Shown here in pieces: positions 20,055-29,281 of a DNA stretch of 64,000 bases; position 1 is the stretch's first letter; the number at the start of each line of letters is the position of its first letter. Position numbers and translations under genes: made by a program. The stretch lies in sequence record SRR20825019_2407; one strand, 5' to 3'. The notes below the pieces were generated by a model. The model worked only from the letters and a program-made list of their open reading frames with translations, was not told where the DNA came from and did no database searches.

Positions 20055-21152
20055 ATGAAAATCTTGACCATCTTAGGCACCCGACCAGAAATTATACGCC
20101 TTTCACGCATCATCCCGAAACTGGATGCCAACTGCGACCATGTGGTTTTGCATACCGGTCAAAATCACGACCATGAACTAAGTCAGGTCTTCTTCGAAGA
20201 ACTCGGCATCCGCAAACCCGACGAGTTTCTTGGCCTCAACGGCAAGACTTCACTACAGCGCGTAGGGGAAATTCTGTCTGGCTGTGAAGAAGCTATGCTG
20301 CGGCTAAAACCCGATAGAATTCTAATTCTTGGGGATACCGATTCCGGCATGGCCGCGTTTACTGCAAGTCGATTAGGCATTCCGGTTTTTCATATGGAGG
20401 CCGGGAACCGCTGCTTTGACAATAGAGTGCCGGAAGAAACCAACCGCCGCGCCATTGACCATTCGAGTAACATACTGTTGCCATATACGGAAAACAGTCG
20501 GCAAAACCTGTTGCGAGAAGGGATATCCTCCAATCGGATTTATATAACGGGCAATCCAATCCATGAAGTGATTCGTGGTATGGCTTTGAAGATAGATTCT
20601 TCAAAAGCTCTCGATACCTTGAATCTAAAAAAGAAAGGATATTTTCTGGCCACCTTTCACAGAGCCGAAAATGTCGATGTGCCCTATCGCCTGAAAAATA
20701 TTGTGGCCTCTTTAGATGATTTGGCAAAAGCATACATGGTGCCCATCGTTGTAAGCTGCCACCCGCGCACAAGAGCCAAACTGAGTGAGCTGAACATAGA
20801 GCTGCCTGACACCCTTAAGTTCTTGAAGCCGTTTGGTTTTATTGATTTTCTGAGCCTTCAAAAACATGCTCTCTGCGTCCTGTCAGATAGCGGAACAGTA
20901 CAAGAAGAGTGCGCAATCCTGAAGGTGCCGAACGTGACTCTTCGAGACGTTACCGAGCGTCCAGAAACACTTGATGTAGGTAGTAACTTCATCGCCGGTG
21001 TAGATCCTCTCTCGATAGCCAGAGCCGTAAAATACTGCCTTTCGGAGGACAGTGAGTGGAGGGCTCCTCAGGAATATTTAGTGGAAAATGTAAGCTCAAT
21101 CGTTAGCCGGATACTGCTAGGCCACTTTGAGGGCCTCAAGGCCCAGATGTGA
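20055..21152 (+). CDS. Non-hydrolysing UDP-N-acetylhexosamine 2-epimerase (FnlC/WbjD/QnlB type)
   Basis: GTRPEIIRLS, HTGQN, HMEAGNRCFDNRVPEETNR, SDSGTVQEE, TERPE. Start at ATG 20055. Confidence 0.9.
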   Translation: MKILTILGTRPEIIRLSRIIPKLDANCDHVVLHTGQNHDHELSQVFFEELGIRKPDEFLGLNGKTSLQRVGEILSGCEEAMLRLKPDRILILGDTDSGMAAFTASRLGIPVFHMEAGNRCFDNRVPEETNRRAIDHSSNILLPYTENSRQNLLREGISSNRIYITGNPIHEVIRGMALKIDSSKALDTLNLKKKGYFLATFHRAENVDVPYRLKNIVASLDDLAKAYMVPIVVSCHPRTRAKLSELNIELPDTLKFLKPFGFIDFLSLQKHALCVLSDSGTVQEECAILKVPNVTLRDVTERPETLDVGSNFIAGVDPLSIARAVKYCLSEDSEWRAPQEYLVENVSSIVSRILLGHFEGLKAQM

Positions 21153-21174
21153 AGGGCCAGGATAAATATCAGCA

Positions 21175-22089
21175 ATGAAAGCACAGCGAAAAGTTTTGGT
21201 CTTGGGTGGCACCGGCATGTTGGGATGGGCAGTAGCTTCCCTACTCGCCCGACAGGCCAACTTCAACGTTACAGCTACCTACAGCCAATCATCGCCGCTT
21301 GGTTTACCAAACCTGCAATGGCAGCATTTCGATTGTTTGCAGTTTAAGGAAGGCGTTGTAGAAGGGTTTGACTATGTCATCAATTGCCTTGGTTTAATTC
21401 GCCAAAAGATCGACGTGGATAACCTAGAGCATCATATGCGCGCCATTGAAGTGAACGCCAGCTTCGCCTTCAAGCTGGCTCTAGCGTGCAAGAAGTATCG
21501 TGTTAAATGTATCGCGATCGCCACGGACTGCGTGTATTCGAGTGATGACGCCCCTTTTCGGGAAGACCACCTTCACTCACCAACCGACATCTACGCCGCC
21601 ACAAAAAGCATGGGGGAGGTATGCTCCGATAGCATGGCACACATCAGGTGTTCAGTTGTCGGTCAGGAGTGGTCCGAAACATCCGTATCGCTTATGAGCT
21701 GGCTTCTTAGTCAACCCGAAGGCAACCGCGTGCCTGGGTACATTGATCACCTGTGGAATGGAGTGAGCAATCTGCATTACGCCCGTGTCCTGATAGGTAT
21801 GATCGAACAGGAAATTTTCTGGCAAGGTGTCCAACACCTTGTGCCTGGATCAACAATCAACAAAGCCGATTTACTCAGGGAAATTGCGGTGTCTTTTGGT
21901 CGTCAAGACCTTGTTATAGACCCGATCTCATCTGGCAAACCCAGCAACAGACTGCTCTCCACATCTAATACGGAAATGAACCTCTCCTTGTGGCGGGCTG
22001 CGGGCTATGATCAACCGCCGGATATTCCGTCCATGATACGCGAGCTATCGAAAGTGACCGCACAAATACAGCCTTTGGAGTCAGCATGA
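21175..22089 (+). CDS. RmlD-like NDP-sugar 4-reductase (QnlA-like SDR)
   Basis: GGTGMLG, INCLG, ATDCVY, YAATKSMGE, WNGVS. Confidence 0.85.
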   Translation: MKAQRKVLVLGGTGMLGWAVASLLARQANFNVTATYSQSSPLGLPNLQWQHFDCLQFKEGVVEGFDYVINCLGLIRQKIDVDNLEHHMRAIEVNASFAFKLALACKKYRVKCIAIATDCVYSSDDAPFREDHLHSPTDIYAATKSMGEVCSDSMAHIRCSVVGQEWSETSVSLMSWLLSQPEGNRVPGYIDHLWNGVSNLHYARVLIGMIEQEIFWQGVQHLVPGSTINKADLLREIAVSFGRQDLVIDPISSGKPSNRLLSTSNTEMNLSLWRAAGYDQPPDIPSMIRELSKVTAQIQPLESA

Positions 22090-22092
22090 ACG

Positions 22093-23643
22093 ATGAATAA
22101 GCGCATCCATGTTGCGGACCTGCCCCGCCAAGAGTATCTGGACACCCTTCATGTATTGGCTTCCCCTCGGCCCAGCTGCGAAACAACCGTCACAACCGAG
22201 TATGCACACAGCAATGCTGAATGCGAGCCCAACTGGTTATTTGAAGACCTTGATGGCGCCCGCCAGCTAATCGCCGACCGCGGCCAGTCGTTTGATGATC
22301 ATACCATTCCGCAGATGCGCAGCACCTTGGTGTTTCATGGCTCGCAGACGTTCACCCCCGCAATGCAGAACATTGCACTCCAAGGCGCAGCGACGGAATA
22401 TTGTATAGTGATTCTCGCCAAACTCGCAGACTTGGAGTTTCTCGACCCGTTGCTTGGGGACGAATGGATATTTCTCTCACACGCGGATGAGAGACACCGG
22501 GGCGAACACGACCTTGCAGCACTATGTTGGTTTCGAGATGGTAAAGCTCAAGCCCAACGACCCTCGTTTTCCGTGATGACACCACTTTACAACCACGGGC
22601 CATTTATTGAGGAAACACTGCTTTCTCTTCGCACTCAAAGCTATGAAAACTGGGAAGTTATCGTCGTCAATGACGGCTCCACAGACGATGGCCCCGCCCG
22701 CGTTGAAAAAATGGCTGCCGACGACAAACGCATTCACCTCATCAACAAAGGAAACGGGGGTGTTGCCACCGCACTCAATCGAGCTATCCGGGAGGCCAAC
22801 AACGAGTGGATCGCATGGCTCTCCAGCGACGATCTATTTCTTAACCAGAAGCTTGCGCTTCATGCTGCGTTGGTTAGAAAACTTGGCAACGAGAAGCACG
22901 TTGCCTTCACAAACAACCTTACCTTCACAACAACAGCGGAAGACGCCATTTATCCCTATCCTGCCAGCCCCCTGCAGTTTGCTACAAACGATAACTTGAA
23001 GGTCATGATGTCCGCCAGGAACATCATCAGCGGAATCACGCCAGTCGTACATCGTGATCTTTACCTGAAGGCAGGTGAGTTCGACACCAGCCTCAAGTAT
23101 ACGCAGGATTACGATATGTGGCTTAAACTGTTGCGTATCTCCCCGTTCATCTATCTGCCTGCTGCGACAACAGCTACACGCCTTGGGCCACAACAAACAG
23201 CAAACCAGCAATACAGCGCATCACGGATCGAAATTATTACTTCCTATTACAAGCACTTGGCCAGCATTGAACCAAGGCATAAAGGGGGAACCGACCGAGC
23301 AACGGTCATGGATGACGTTCTACTGCTGGTGTCTGCGGCTGCAAATCCCCGGTCTTTTTTTACTGCTATTGGAATGGGGAAATTTTTCTTGGAAAAGGCA
23401 GCTGAACTCCTGAGACCCTTTGTCGATAGCGAAACAGAGATCCAGTCCTTGAAGCGTCAACTCTTTGCCGCGACACCAACTGTCCCCTGGTCGCTGGGGG
23501 CACATGCCGACATCAACTATCTGTGTGATCTACTGCGGGGTAAAACACCGATCAACTGGTCGTTGGATATTGGTCTTTCGCGGGTCAAAGAAGAGTGTTC
23601 CGTTGAAGAAATCCGCTCTCTGCTAGCTATGTCAGATATCTGA
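22093..23643 (+). CDS. Glycosyltransferase family 2
   Basis: SVMTPLYN, VNDGSTD, GNGGVATALN, WLSSDD, QDYDMWL. Confidence 0.9.
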   Translation: MNKRIHVADLPRQEYLDTLHVLASPRPSCETTVTTEYAHSNAECEPNWLFEDLDGARQLIADRGQSFDDHTIPQMRSTLVFHGSQTFTPAMQNIALQGAATEYCIVILAKLADLEFLDPLLGDEWIFLSHADERHRGEHDLAALCWFRDGKAQAQRPSFSVMTPLYNHGPFIEETLLSLRTQSYENWEVIVVNDGSTDDGPARVEKMAADDKRIHLINKGNGGVATALNRAIREANNEWIAWLSSDDLFLNQKLALHAALVRKLGNEKHVAFTNNLTFTTTAEDAIYPYPASPLQFATNDNLKVMMSARNIISGITPVVHRDLYLKAGEFDTSLKYTQDYDMWLKLLRISPFIYLPAATTATRLGPQQTANQQYSASRIEIITSYYKHLASIEPRHKGGTDRATVMDDVLLLVSAAANPRSFFTAIGMGKFFLEKAAELLRPFVDSETEIQSLKRQLFAATPTVPWSLGAHADINYLCDLLRGKTPINWSLDIGLSRVKEECSVEEIRSLLAMSDI

Positions 23644-23644
23644 G

Positions 23645-25186
23645 TTACCGTTGCTCAAGCAACATGCTGTATACCTCTTCGTGTAACTTCGTCATCCGAA
23701 CCGGGTCTCCACGTAATGCGGCAACGTGACTTCGGCATCTCTCTTTAAGGCTTGCGCTATCAATTGTATCCGACATGTATGCGAGCGCCAAAGATACAAT
23801 TCCTTCTTCCTTCCCCGGCGCAACCACGAGTTCAGGCAAAGCAAATTTATAAGCTACGGACCATTGGTCGCTCTTATAAGGTCGCCTGACATCGTCCCCA
23901 ACACATATGCTTGGGATTTCCAAAGCCATCGCGTCCTGCACCGTTATGCCGCCCCCAGATGGAAAGGTATCAATCAGCAAATCTCCCAAGATCAGATGAC
24001 CAAGATAATTGCGTCCCCAAGGTACGATGCGAATTCTCGACGCCACCTGGTTTGGAAAACGCGCCAGGAAGTTTTCTTCTTCGTTTTTGGGTATCCCCAA
24101 CGTCAGCAAGAAGATCCGCTCATTCCCCGACAGGATCTTGGCTAGAGTGTCACAATATTGGGCGCTGAACTTTGTGTACCTGCCTGCAGCAACCACTATT
24201 CTTGCCGTCGCGGGGATATCTATCTCGGACCTGTAAGCCGGTTGGACATCGTCGCGATCAGGGAGGGTCGTTTCTACCGGCACTACGACCCCGTCGACGG
24301 GGCACTCCATAAGTAGTCGTTCATCGCTCGCGACCACAAAGTCTGAGTTGGGCGCGGCAAAAAGCGGCGGCGGTCCAACCACAAGAGAGCATCTGAGGAT
24401 ATTGGGTAGAGATGCTGACAGGAGTAGGCCCTCGGCGGATGCTAACGCACAATTGGTAACCAGCAGATCCGGTCGCCAATCATGCAGGCGGCGTGCAAGC
24501 TTGGTAACCCGCCCGGTTACGGTTAGGTCTGGTTCGAGAAAAAGCATCCACCCCTTTGCTTCGGCCAAGTGAATAAGCGCTGCGGTTTCTTCAGTGTTAT
24601 AGAGCTTTTTTTCATCGTCTGTAAACACGAGCCCAAACTCGAATTTGGAAGTGTCATGTGCATCGATCATAGACAACAATACTTTCGCGAGTACTGAGCC
24701 AACTTGTGCCAAATTTGTGCCGACATAGAGAACCTTTGGCTGCAGTGGATTGACCTCACCTTGTTGCGCCATCGAGGTGATTGTCAGTTGAGCTTTAAGA
24801 TCAGCTACTGCCCTTTCCATCCCAGCTAGGGCTAAAAAATCGAAGCGATAATCCTCAACACCTACACTTTGCGTCGTATAATATTGCCACCGCCGATAGC
24901 ATTGCACGATCAGGTCTAGATCACCCGACTGGACGGCTTGGTGTAAGCCAGCCTGCAGGACTTCCCGCGCATCTTCCAGCTTGTTATTTTGGGTAAGCAG
25001 GCTTGCCAGTCTTTCAGAAATTTCAGCTGAATGCCCTGTCAGTTCAAATGCGCGCCTAAGGCACACCTCCGCCAGGTCCAAGTCTCCCGCAGCCTGCCAG
25101 TGCTCAGCGTCACGAAGATTGGCGTCGACGCGAACCGTAAGCTCGCGACTGTCCAATCCACTATGTACCTCGTCTGCCTGCCCCAT
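23645..25186 (-). CDS. TPR-containing GT-B glycosyltransferase, GT41 (OGT/HMW1C)-like
   Basis: N-terminal TPR-like helices and C-terminal DLLIDTFPSGGGITVQDAMALEIP, which resembles the GT41 LDTFPYxGxTT motif. Confidence 0.7.
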   Translation of the reverse strand: MGQADEVHSGLDSRELTVRVDANLRDAEHWQAAGDLDLAEVCLRRAFELTGHSAEISERLASLLTQNNKLEDAREVLQAGLHQAVQSGDLDLIVQCYRRWQYYTTQSVGVEDYRFDFLALAGMERAVADLKAQLTITSMAQQGEVNPLQPKVLYVGTNLAQVGSVLAKVLLSMIDAHDTSKFEFGLVFTDDEKKLYNTEETAALIHLAEAKGWMLFLEPDLTVTGRVTKLARRLHDWRPDLLVTNCALASAEGLLLSASLPNILRCSLVVGPPPLFAAPNSDFVVASDERLLMECPVDGVVVPVETTLPDRDDVQPAYRSEIDIPATARIVVAAGRYTKFSAQYCDTLAKILSGNERIFLLTLGIPKNEEENFLARFPNQVASRIRIVPWGRNYLGHLILGDLLIDTFPSGGGITVQDAMALEIPSICVGDDVRRPYKSDQWSVAYKFALPELVVAPGKEEGIVSLALAYMSDTIDSASLKERCRSHVAALRGDPVRMTKLHEEVYSMLLEQR

Positions 25187-25201
25187 CCTGCCTGACGACC
25201 T

Positions 25202-26176
25202 CTATTCGGTATCTTTAAATTCTTGAATCATGTTGGCGTATGATCGGCCTTGCTCGGGCCAGCGGGTTGCCTCCCAGTCCGGACAACCACCACAAAGGGA
25301 ATGTTTCGTGAAATCATTGTCAATGTGGGCCTGACGCAAGCTGCGCATATATTCCCCGCTCCACACTTCTTTTATTGTTGTCTGACGGTAGTCCGTAATC
25401 GTTGCTCCTTTCGTCCAGTCTGCAGGACAAAAAGACAGAAAACCTCGTGGATTGAGAACGATGCGCTCCCAAGGATAAAGGCAGGGGCGCCTGGGGCTTT
25501 GAGACGCTTCAGCCATTTCGTGAACGCGCTCTTCCTGAAAGCCCGCACAGGAGTGCAGTCTTCTAATCACCACAAAGTCTACCCCCTGAGCTTTCCAGTA
25601 TTTTTCGAATCTATCAGTCTCATCGACATTAAATGGCTGCTCAACATAGGAAACCACTATCTTGGGCGGGATAACGCGTTTCTTTGCTGCGGCAAGAAGG
25701 GCAAGTATATTTGACCGTACCTTATCCAGCTTTCCACCAACACGTATACGCTCATAGGTTTCGTCTTCAAACGCGTCAACGCTGATGTCAATCACATGAA
25801 GGCCCGTGTCAAGAAGCCGGTGAAGACGGCCATCGTCCAACAGAGTACCGTTTGTGGTAATTGAAACCGTTGTTTCAGAACGGTCTACAGCATATTTGAG
25901 CATCTCAAATATATGCTTGTGGGCCATAGGCTCACCCTCTGCAGTATACCGGATATACCCGGTGATGCCCTGGCCGTGCTCGCGAACCTCATCCACCATG
26001 CGCGCATTCAATTCCGGCTCCAGCATGCGTCCGGTATAGACGTTTCCCTTCTTGAACTCAGGATGCGGGCAGTGAACACACGCCAAGTTACATACCTCAG
26101 TTACATCTACATTAATCTGGGAGGGGAAAAGCCCGGAGAGCCGGTCGTAAAATCCATATTGCTCGGTAACGTTCAT
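25202..26176 (-). CDS. Radical SAM protein with SPASM/twitch domain
   Basis: CNLACVHC, EGEPMAH, ITTNGTLL, CLYPW...FCPAD...CGGC. Confidence 0.9.
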   Translation of the reverse strand: MNVTEQYGFYDRLSGLFPSQINVDVTEVCNLACVHCPHPEFKKGNVYTGRMLEPELNARMVDEVREHGQGITGYIRYTAEGEPMAHKHIFEMLKYAVDRSETTVSITTNGTLLDDGRLHRLLDTGLHVIDISVDAFEDETYERIRVGGKLDKVRSNILALLAAAKKRVIPPKIVVSYVEQPFNVDETDRFEKYWKAQGVDFVVIRRLHSCAGFQEERVHEMAEASQSPRRPCLYPWERIVLNPRGFLSFCPADWTKGATITDYRQTTIKEVWSGEYMRSLRQAHIDNDFTKHSLCGGCPDWEATRWPEQGRSYANMIQEFKDTE

Positions 26177-26184
26177 TAAATTCC

Positions 26185-26889
26185 CTATCTGCGCGGCACA
26201 ATGTTTTCAGCCTGGCTCTTGAGATAGAGCGGCGCTTCAGGTCCGGTATTAAACAGCAAGTCCAGAACCGTAACATCCCCGGCAAAACCTTGCCACTGTT
26301 GTGAATATTCCGGATATTGATAGGACTTATATTCAAGATAAATCCCGCATTCCTCAAACCTCGAATGCTCAATATAGGACTGGGCAGCCGGGCCACTAAG
26401 ATATTCTGTAGCCCCAACCTTATTGAGGACTGACAATAACCGCTCAGTCTTTTGACCAGTCGCCCCCAATCCAACAGTTGAGCGAACCTCCGTTTCAATA
26501 CCTAAATGAACCATAACCCACCGAATGAGGTCTTCGTTGAGTTCCGACAAGTAGCACCGGTTCTTTGTAAGCTCGTTCTCAAGTTCACCATAATAGTTGT
26601 CAAAGTAAGGAGCTCCTTTATAGGCTTCCCGTATCTGATTTAGATGGCGCTCTTTCCAGTTCTCTGTGCCGTCGATACGTGTGTCACAAATCAGATGCCC
26701 CCGCGGCATCTTCTGAACGGGCACACTGATCCAACGGGTCCCTTCTCTCGTCTTGATTTTATTGCGAGTACGCCAACTACGTTTCACGTATTGGACGTCG
26801 TCAAACAAAAGAAATAGGTCCACATCATCAATGAAGTTGAAATACCCTCGCCAGGGAAGATAGGAGGACTGAATAATGCCAACGCGCAT
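26185..26889 (-). CDS. wbqC: WbqC family protein
   Basis: IQSSYLPWRGYF, DDVQY..RSWRTRNKI, YLSGPAA, VLDLLFN. ATG at 26889. Confidence 0.9.
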   Translation of the reverse strand: MRVGIIQSSYLPWRGYFNFIDDVDLFLLFDDVQYVKRSWRTRNKIKTREGTRWISVPVQKMPRGHLICDTRIDGTENWKERHLNQIREAYKGAPYFDNYYGELENELTKNRCYLSELNEDLIRWVMVHLGIETEVRSTVGLGATGQKTERLLSVLNKVGATEYLSGPAAQSYIEHSRFEECGIYLEYKSYQYPEYSQQWQGFAGDVTVLDLLFNTGPEAPLYLKSQAENIVPRR

Positions 26890-26890
26890 T

Positions 26891-28057
26891 TTAGGCCGCA
26901 CCCAATACTTTTTGCAGCGATTGGCAAATATAATGCGCATCGTCGGTCGTCATCCGACCACTGATCGGCAGGGTTAGAATACGATCCATGACCAGATCGG
27001 CACCCTTAAGCGAGAAGCGGCAATATTTTTCATAAAGCGGTAGCGTATGCATCGGTGTGTAGTGGAGTGCGGCCCCAACACTCAATTTCCTCAACGCTAA
27101 TATAATAGCATTGCGCGACTGTTTCGTATGATTGGCATCCAGTGTCAGCACAAAAAGATGTCGGGCGTGTAACCCGCCTGTAACGCCCACCTGAAGTGTG
27201 ATTCCCATATCGAGAGCGGCAATAAATTCTGCATAGATCTCTGCAATCTCGAGGCGTCGCTTCTGCATTTGCTCAAGCCTTTTTAATTGCACACGCCCGA
27301 TCGATGCCTGAAGGTCGGTGTAGTTCATCTTGTACCCGAGCTCGACCGGGCTGGCAGTGAACATTGTCGACGGTGTCTGATACCGTTGCCAAGCGCTATG
27401 GTGCAAGCCGTGAAGGCGCAAGCCGCGCAAACGTTCCGCAACATCCTTGTCATCGATGGCGATAAACCCGCCTTCACCGGTAGACAGATTTTTGTTCGCA
27501 TAGAAGCTAAAACACACCATGTTGCCAGAGCTGCCAACACGACCGCCATCAAGGTATCGGCCTCCCATTGCGTGAGCTGCGTCTTCAATGAGTGCGACCG
27601 AACTCGGGAGGATACTTCTGATGCCTGCGATATCTACCGGATACCCGCCAAAGTGCACGACAATAACCGCTTTAGTTTTCGGTGTCAGACAGGCCTTCAC
27701 AGTGTCTGGTGTCACATTGAACGTGGCGGGGTCAACATCACAAAGAATAGGTGTCGTTCCCGCATAAAGTGCTACATTTGCCGTCGCGTACCACGTCAAG
27801 CTTGGCACGATTACTTCGTCTCCAACACCGACGCCATGCACAATCAACGATAAGAAGAGGGCAGACGTACATGAATTCACAAGCACGCCTTCGGGCCGAC
27901 CACAGAAGTTGGCCAACTCTTTTTCAAAAGTTACCGTCTGTTGCCCCATCCCCACCCAGCCAGAACGAACGACGTCGCTAACAGCCGCCACTTCGTCGTC
28001 CCCGAAATCCGGACACCCAAAGGGTATAAATGGACGAACCTCGGTCTTTTCGCTCAA
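26891..28057 (-). CDS. DegT/DnrJ/EryC1/StrS sugar aminotransferase
   Basis: NSCTSAL, IEDAAHA, FSFYANKNLSTGEGG, GYKMNYTD. Confidence 0.93.
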   Translation of the reverse strand: MSEKTEVRPFIPFGCPDFGDDEVAAVSDVVRSGWVGMGQQTVTFEKELANFCGRPEGVLVNSCTSALFLSLIVHGVGVGDEVIVPSLTWYATANVALYAGTTPILCDVDPATFNVTPDTVKACLTPKTKAVIVVHFGGYPVDIAGIRSILPSSVALIEDAAHAMGGRYLDGGRVGSSGNMVCFSFYANKNLSTGEGGFIAIDDKDVAERLRGLRLHGLHHSAWQRYQTPSTMFTASPVELGYKMNYTDLQASIGRVQLKRLEQMQKRRLEIAEIYAEFIAALDMGITLQVGVTGGLHARHLFVLTLDANHTKQSRNAIILALRKLSVGAALHYTPMHTLPLYEKYCRFSLKGADLVMDRILTLPISGRMTTDDAHYICQSLQKVLGAA

Positions 28058-28271
28058 CGTGCTTCTCCGGTCGCTATTCGTTTCATAACTTATATAATCA
28101 AATATCGGACCAGAAGTTGCGGTGGCAAATATCCGGCGATACCTTCGAATTTCAAAACGATAGTTGCAAAAACGGCTTATAATCCTAACATACTAAAACT
28201 AAAGCGTAATTTAGTAACTCACAACATAGAATGATTAGCCAAAACGCCAGATGGCATGAAGGGAGACCCCG

Positions 28272-29279
28272 ATGAGCGATCAAAATGACAAGCTTTTCAG
28301 GGAGTTGTTTTTGGCGCTCATGCACAGACCTCCCCATGAAGGGGAATTATCTGCCTATTTTGGTAATGTTGCCCCCCCCAAGGAACTCTCGGCAAGTTTA
28401 AGAAAATTGCTACAAACACCGGAACGAGCCAGCATAGCAAGAAATCAGCCTTTCCCTCCAGGTCATTATTACTCTCCGGTCATAGATGTTGCAGACATTG
28501 AAAGAAGACGTCACCAGATATTTGACATCCGAGACCCGTTTTTTCAGATTCAACTCGACCCTGAAAGGCTTCACGAAATATGGGAAATACTAGTCCCGTA
28601 TCTGGAAAATATTTCTTTCCCCCATGATCCTTCAGACAAAAGCCGATACTATTGGGGACCCAAGAACCAGTCCTTCCCATTCGCCGATGCAGCTGTCTGG
28701 TCGGCGATGCTTCAATGGATCCGCCCAAAAAGGGTGATAGAAGTTGGCTCTGGTTTCTCCTCCGCTGTCCTGTTCGACACACAAGAATTTTGGCTAGACT
28801 ATGAAATGGATATTACTTTTATCCAACCCAACCCCTATGGGATTAACAAGCTACTCCAAAAGCAAGATCATCAAAAATACACACTGAAGCAATGCATTGT
28901 TCAGGAGGTGGAGACCAGCTTGTTCACACATCTGGAGGCAGGGGATATCCTTTTCATTGATTCTACCCATGTTGCCAAAACCGGTAGCGACGTGTTGTTT
29001 GAAATTTTCGAGATTCTGCCAAGACTTGCCCCTGGGGTACACGTACATTTCCACGACATATTTGACAGTTTTGAATATCCCCAGTCTTGGATCATCGGGA
29101 ATGGCTGGTCATGGAACGAACAATATCTGTTACGTGCCTACCTGATGAATAACGCTGACTACGAAGTTCAGGTATTCAACAATCATTATATACCGCGCAA
29201 TCTAACCCCACGAATGCCGCATATCGAAAATTTCAAGGCAAATCCGGGGGGTAGTCTTTGGTTAAAGAAAATTGGCTAA
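28272..29279 (+). CDS. Class I SAM-dependent methyltransferase (Methyltransf_24-like)
   Basis: PPGHYYSP, IEVGSGFSS, LFIDSTHVAKTGSDV, HFHDIF, WNEQY. Confidence 0.88.
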   Translation: MSDQNDKLFRELFLALMHRPPHEGELSAYFGNVAPPKELSASLRKLLQTPERASIARNQPFPPGHYYSPVIDVADIERRRHQIFDIRDPFFQIQLDPERLHEIWEILVPYLENISFPHDPSDKSRYYWGPKNQSFPFADAAVWSAMLQWIRPKRVIEVGSGFSSAVLFDTQEFWLDYEMDITFIQPNPYGINKLLQKQDHQKYTLKQCIVQEVETSLFTHLEAGDILFIDSTHVAKTGSDVLFEIFEILPRLAPGVHVHFHDIFDSFEYPQSWIIGNGWSWNEQYLLRAYLMNNADYEVQVFNNHYIPRNLTPRMPHIENFKANPGGSLWLKKIG

Positions 29280-29281
29280 CA

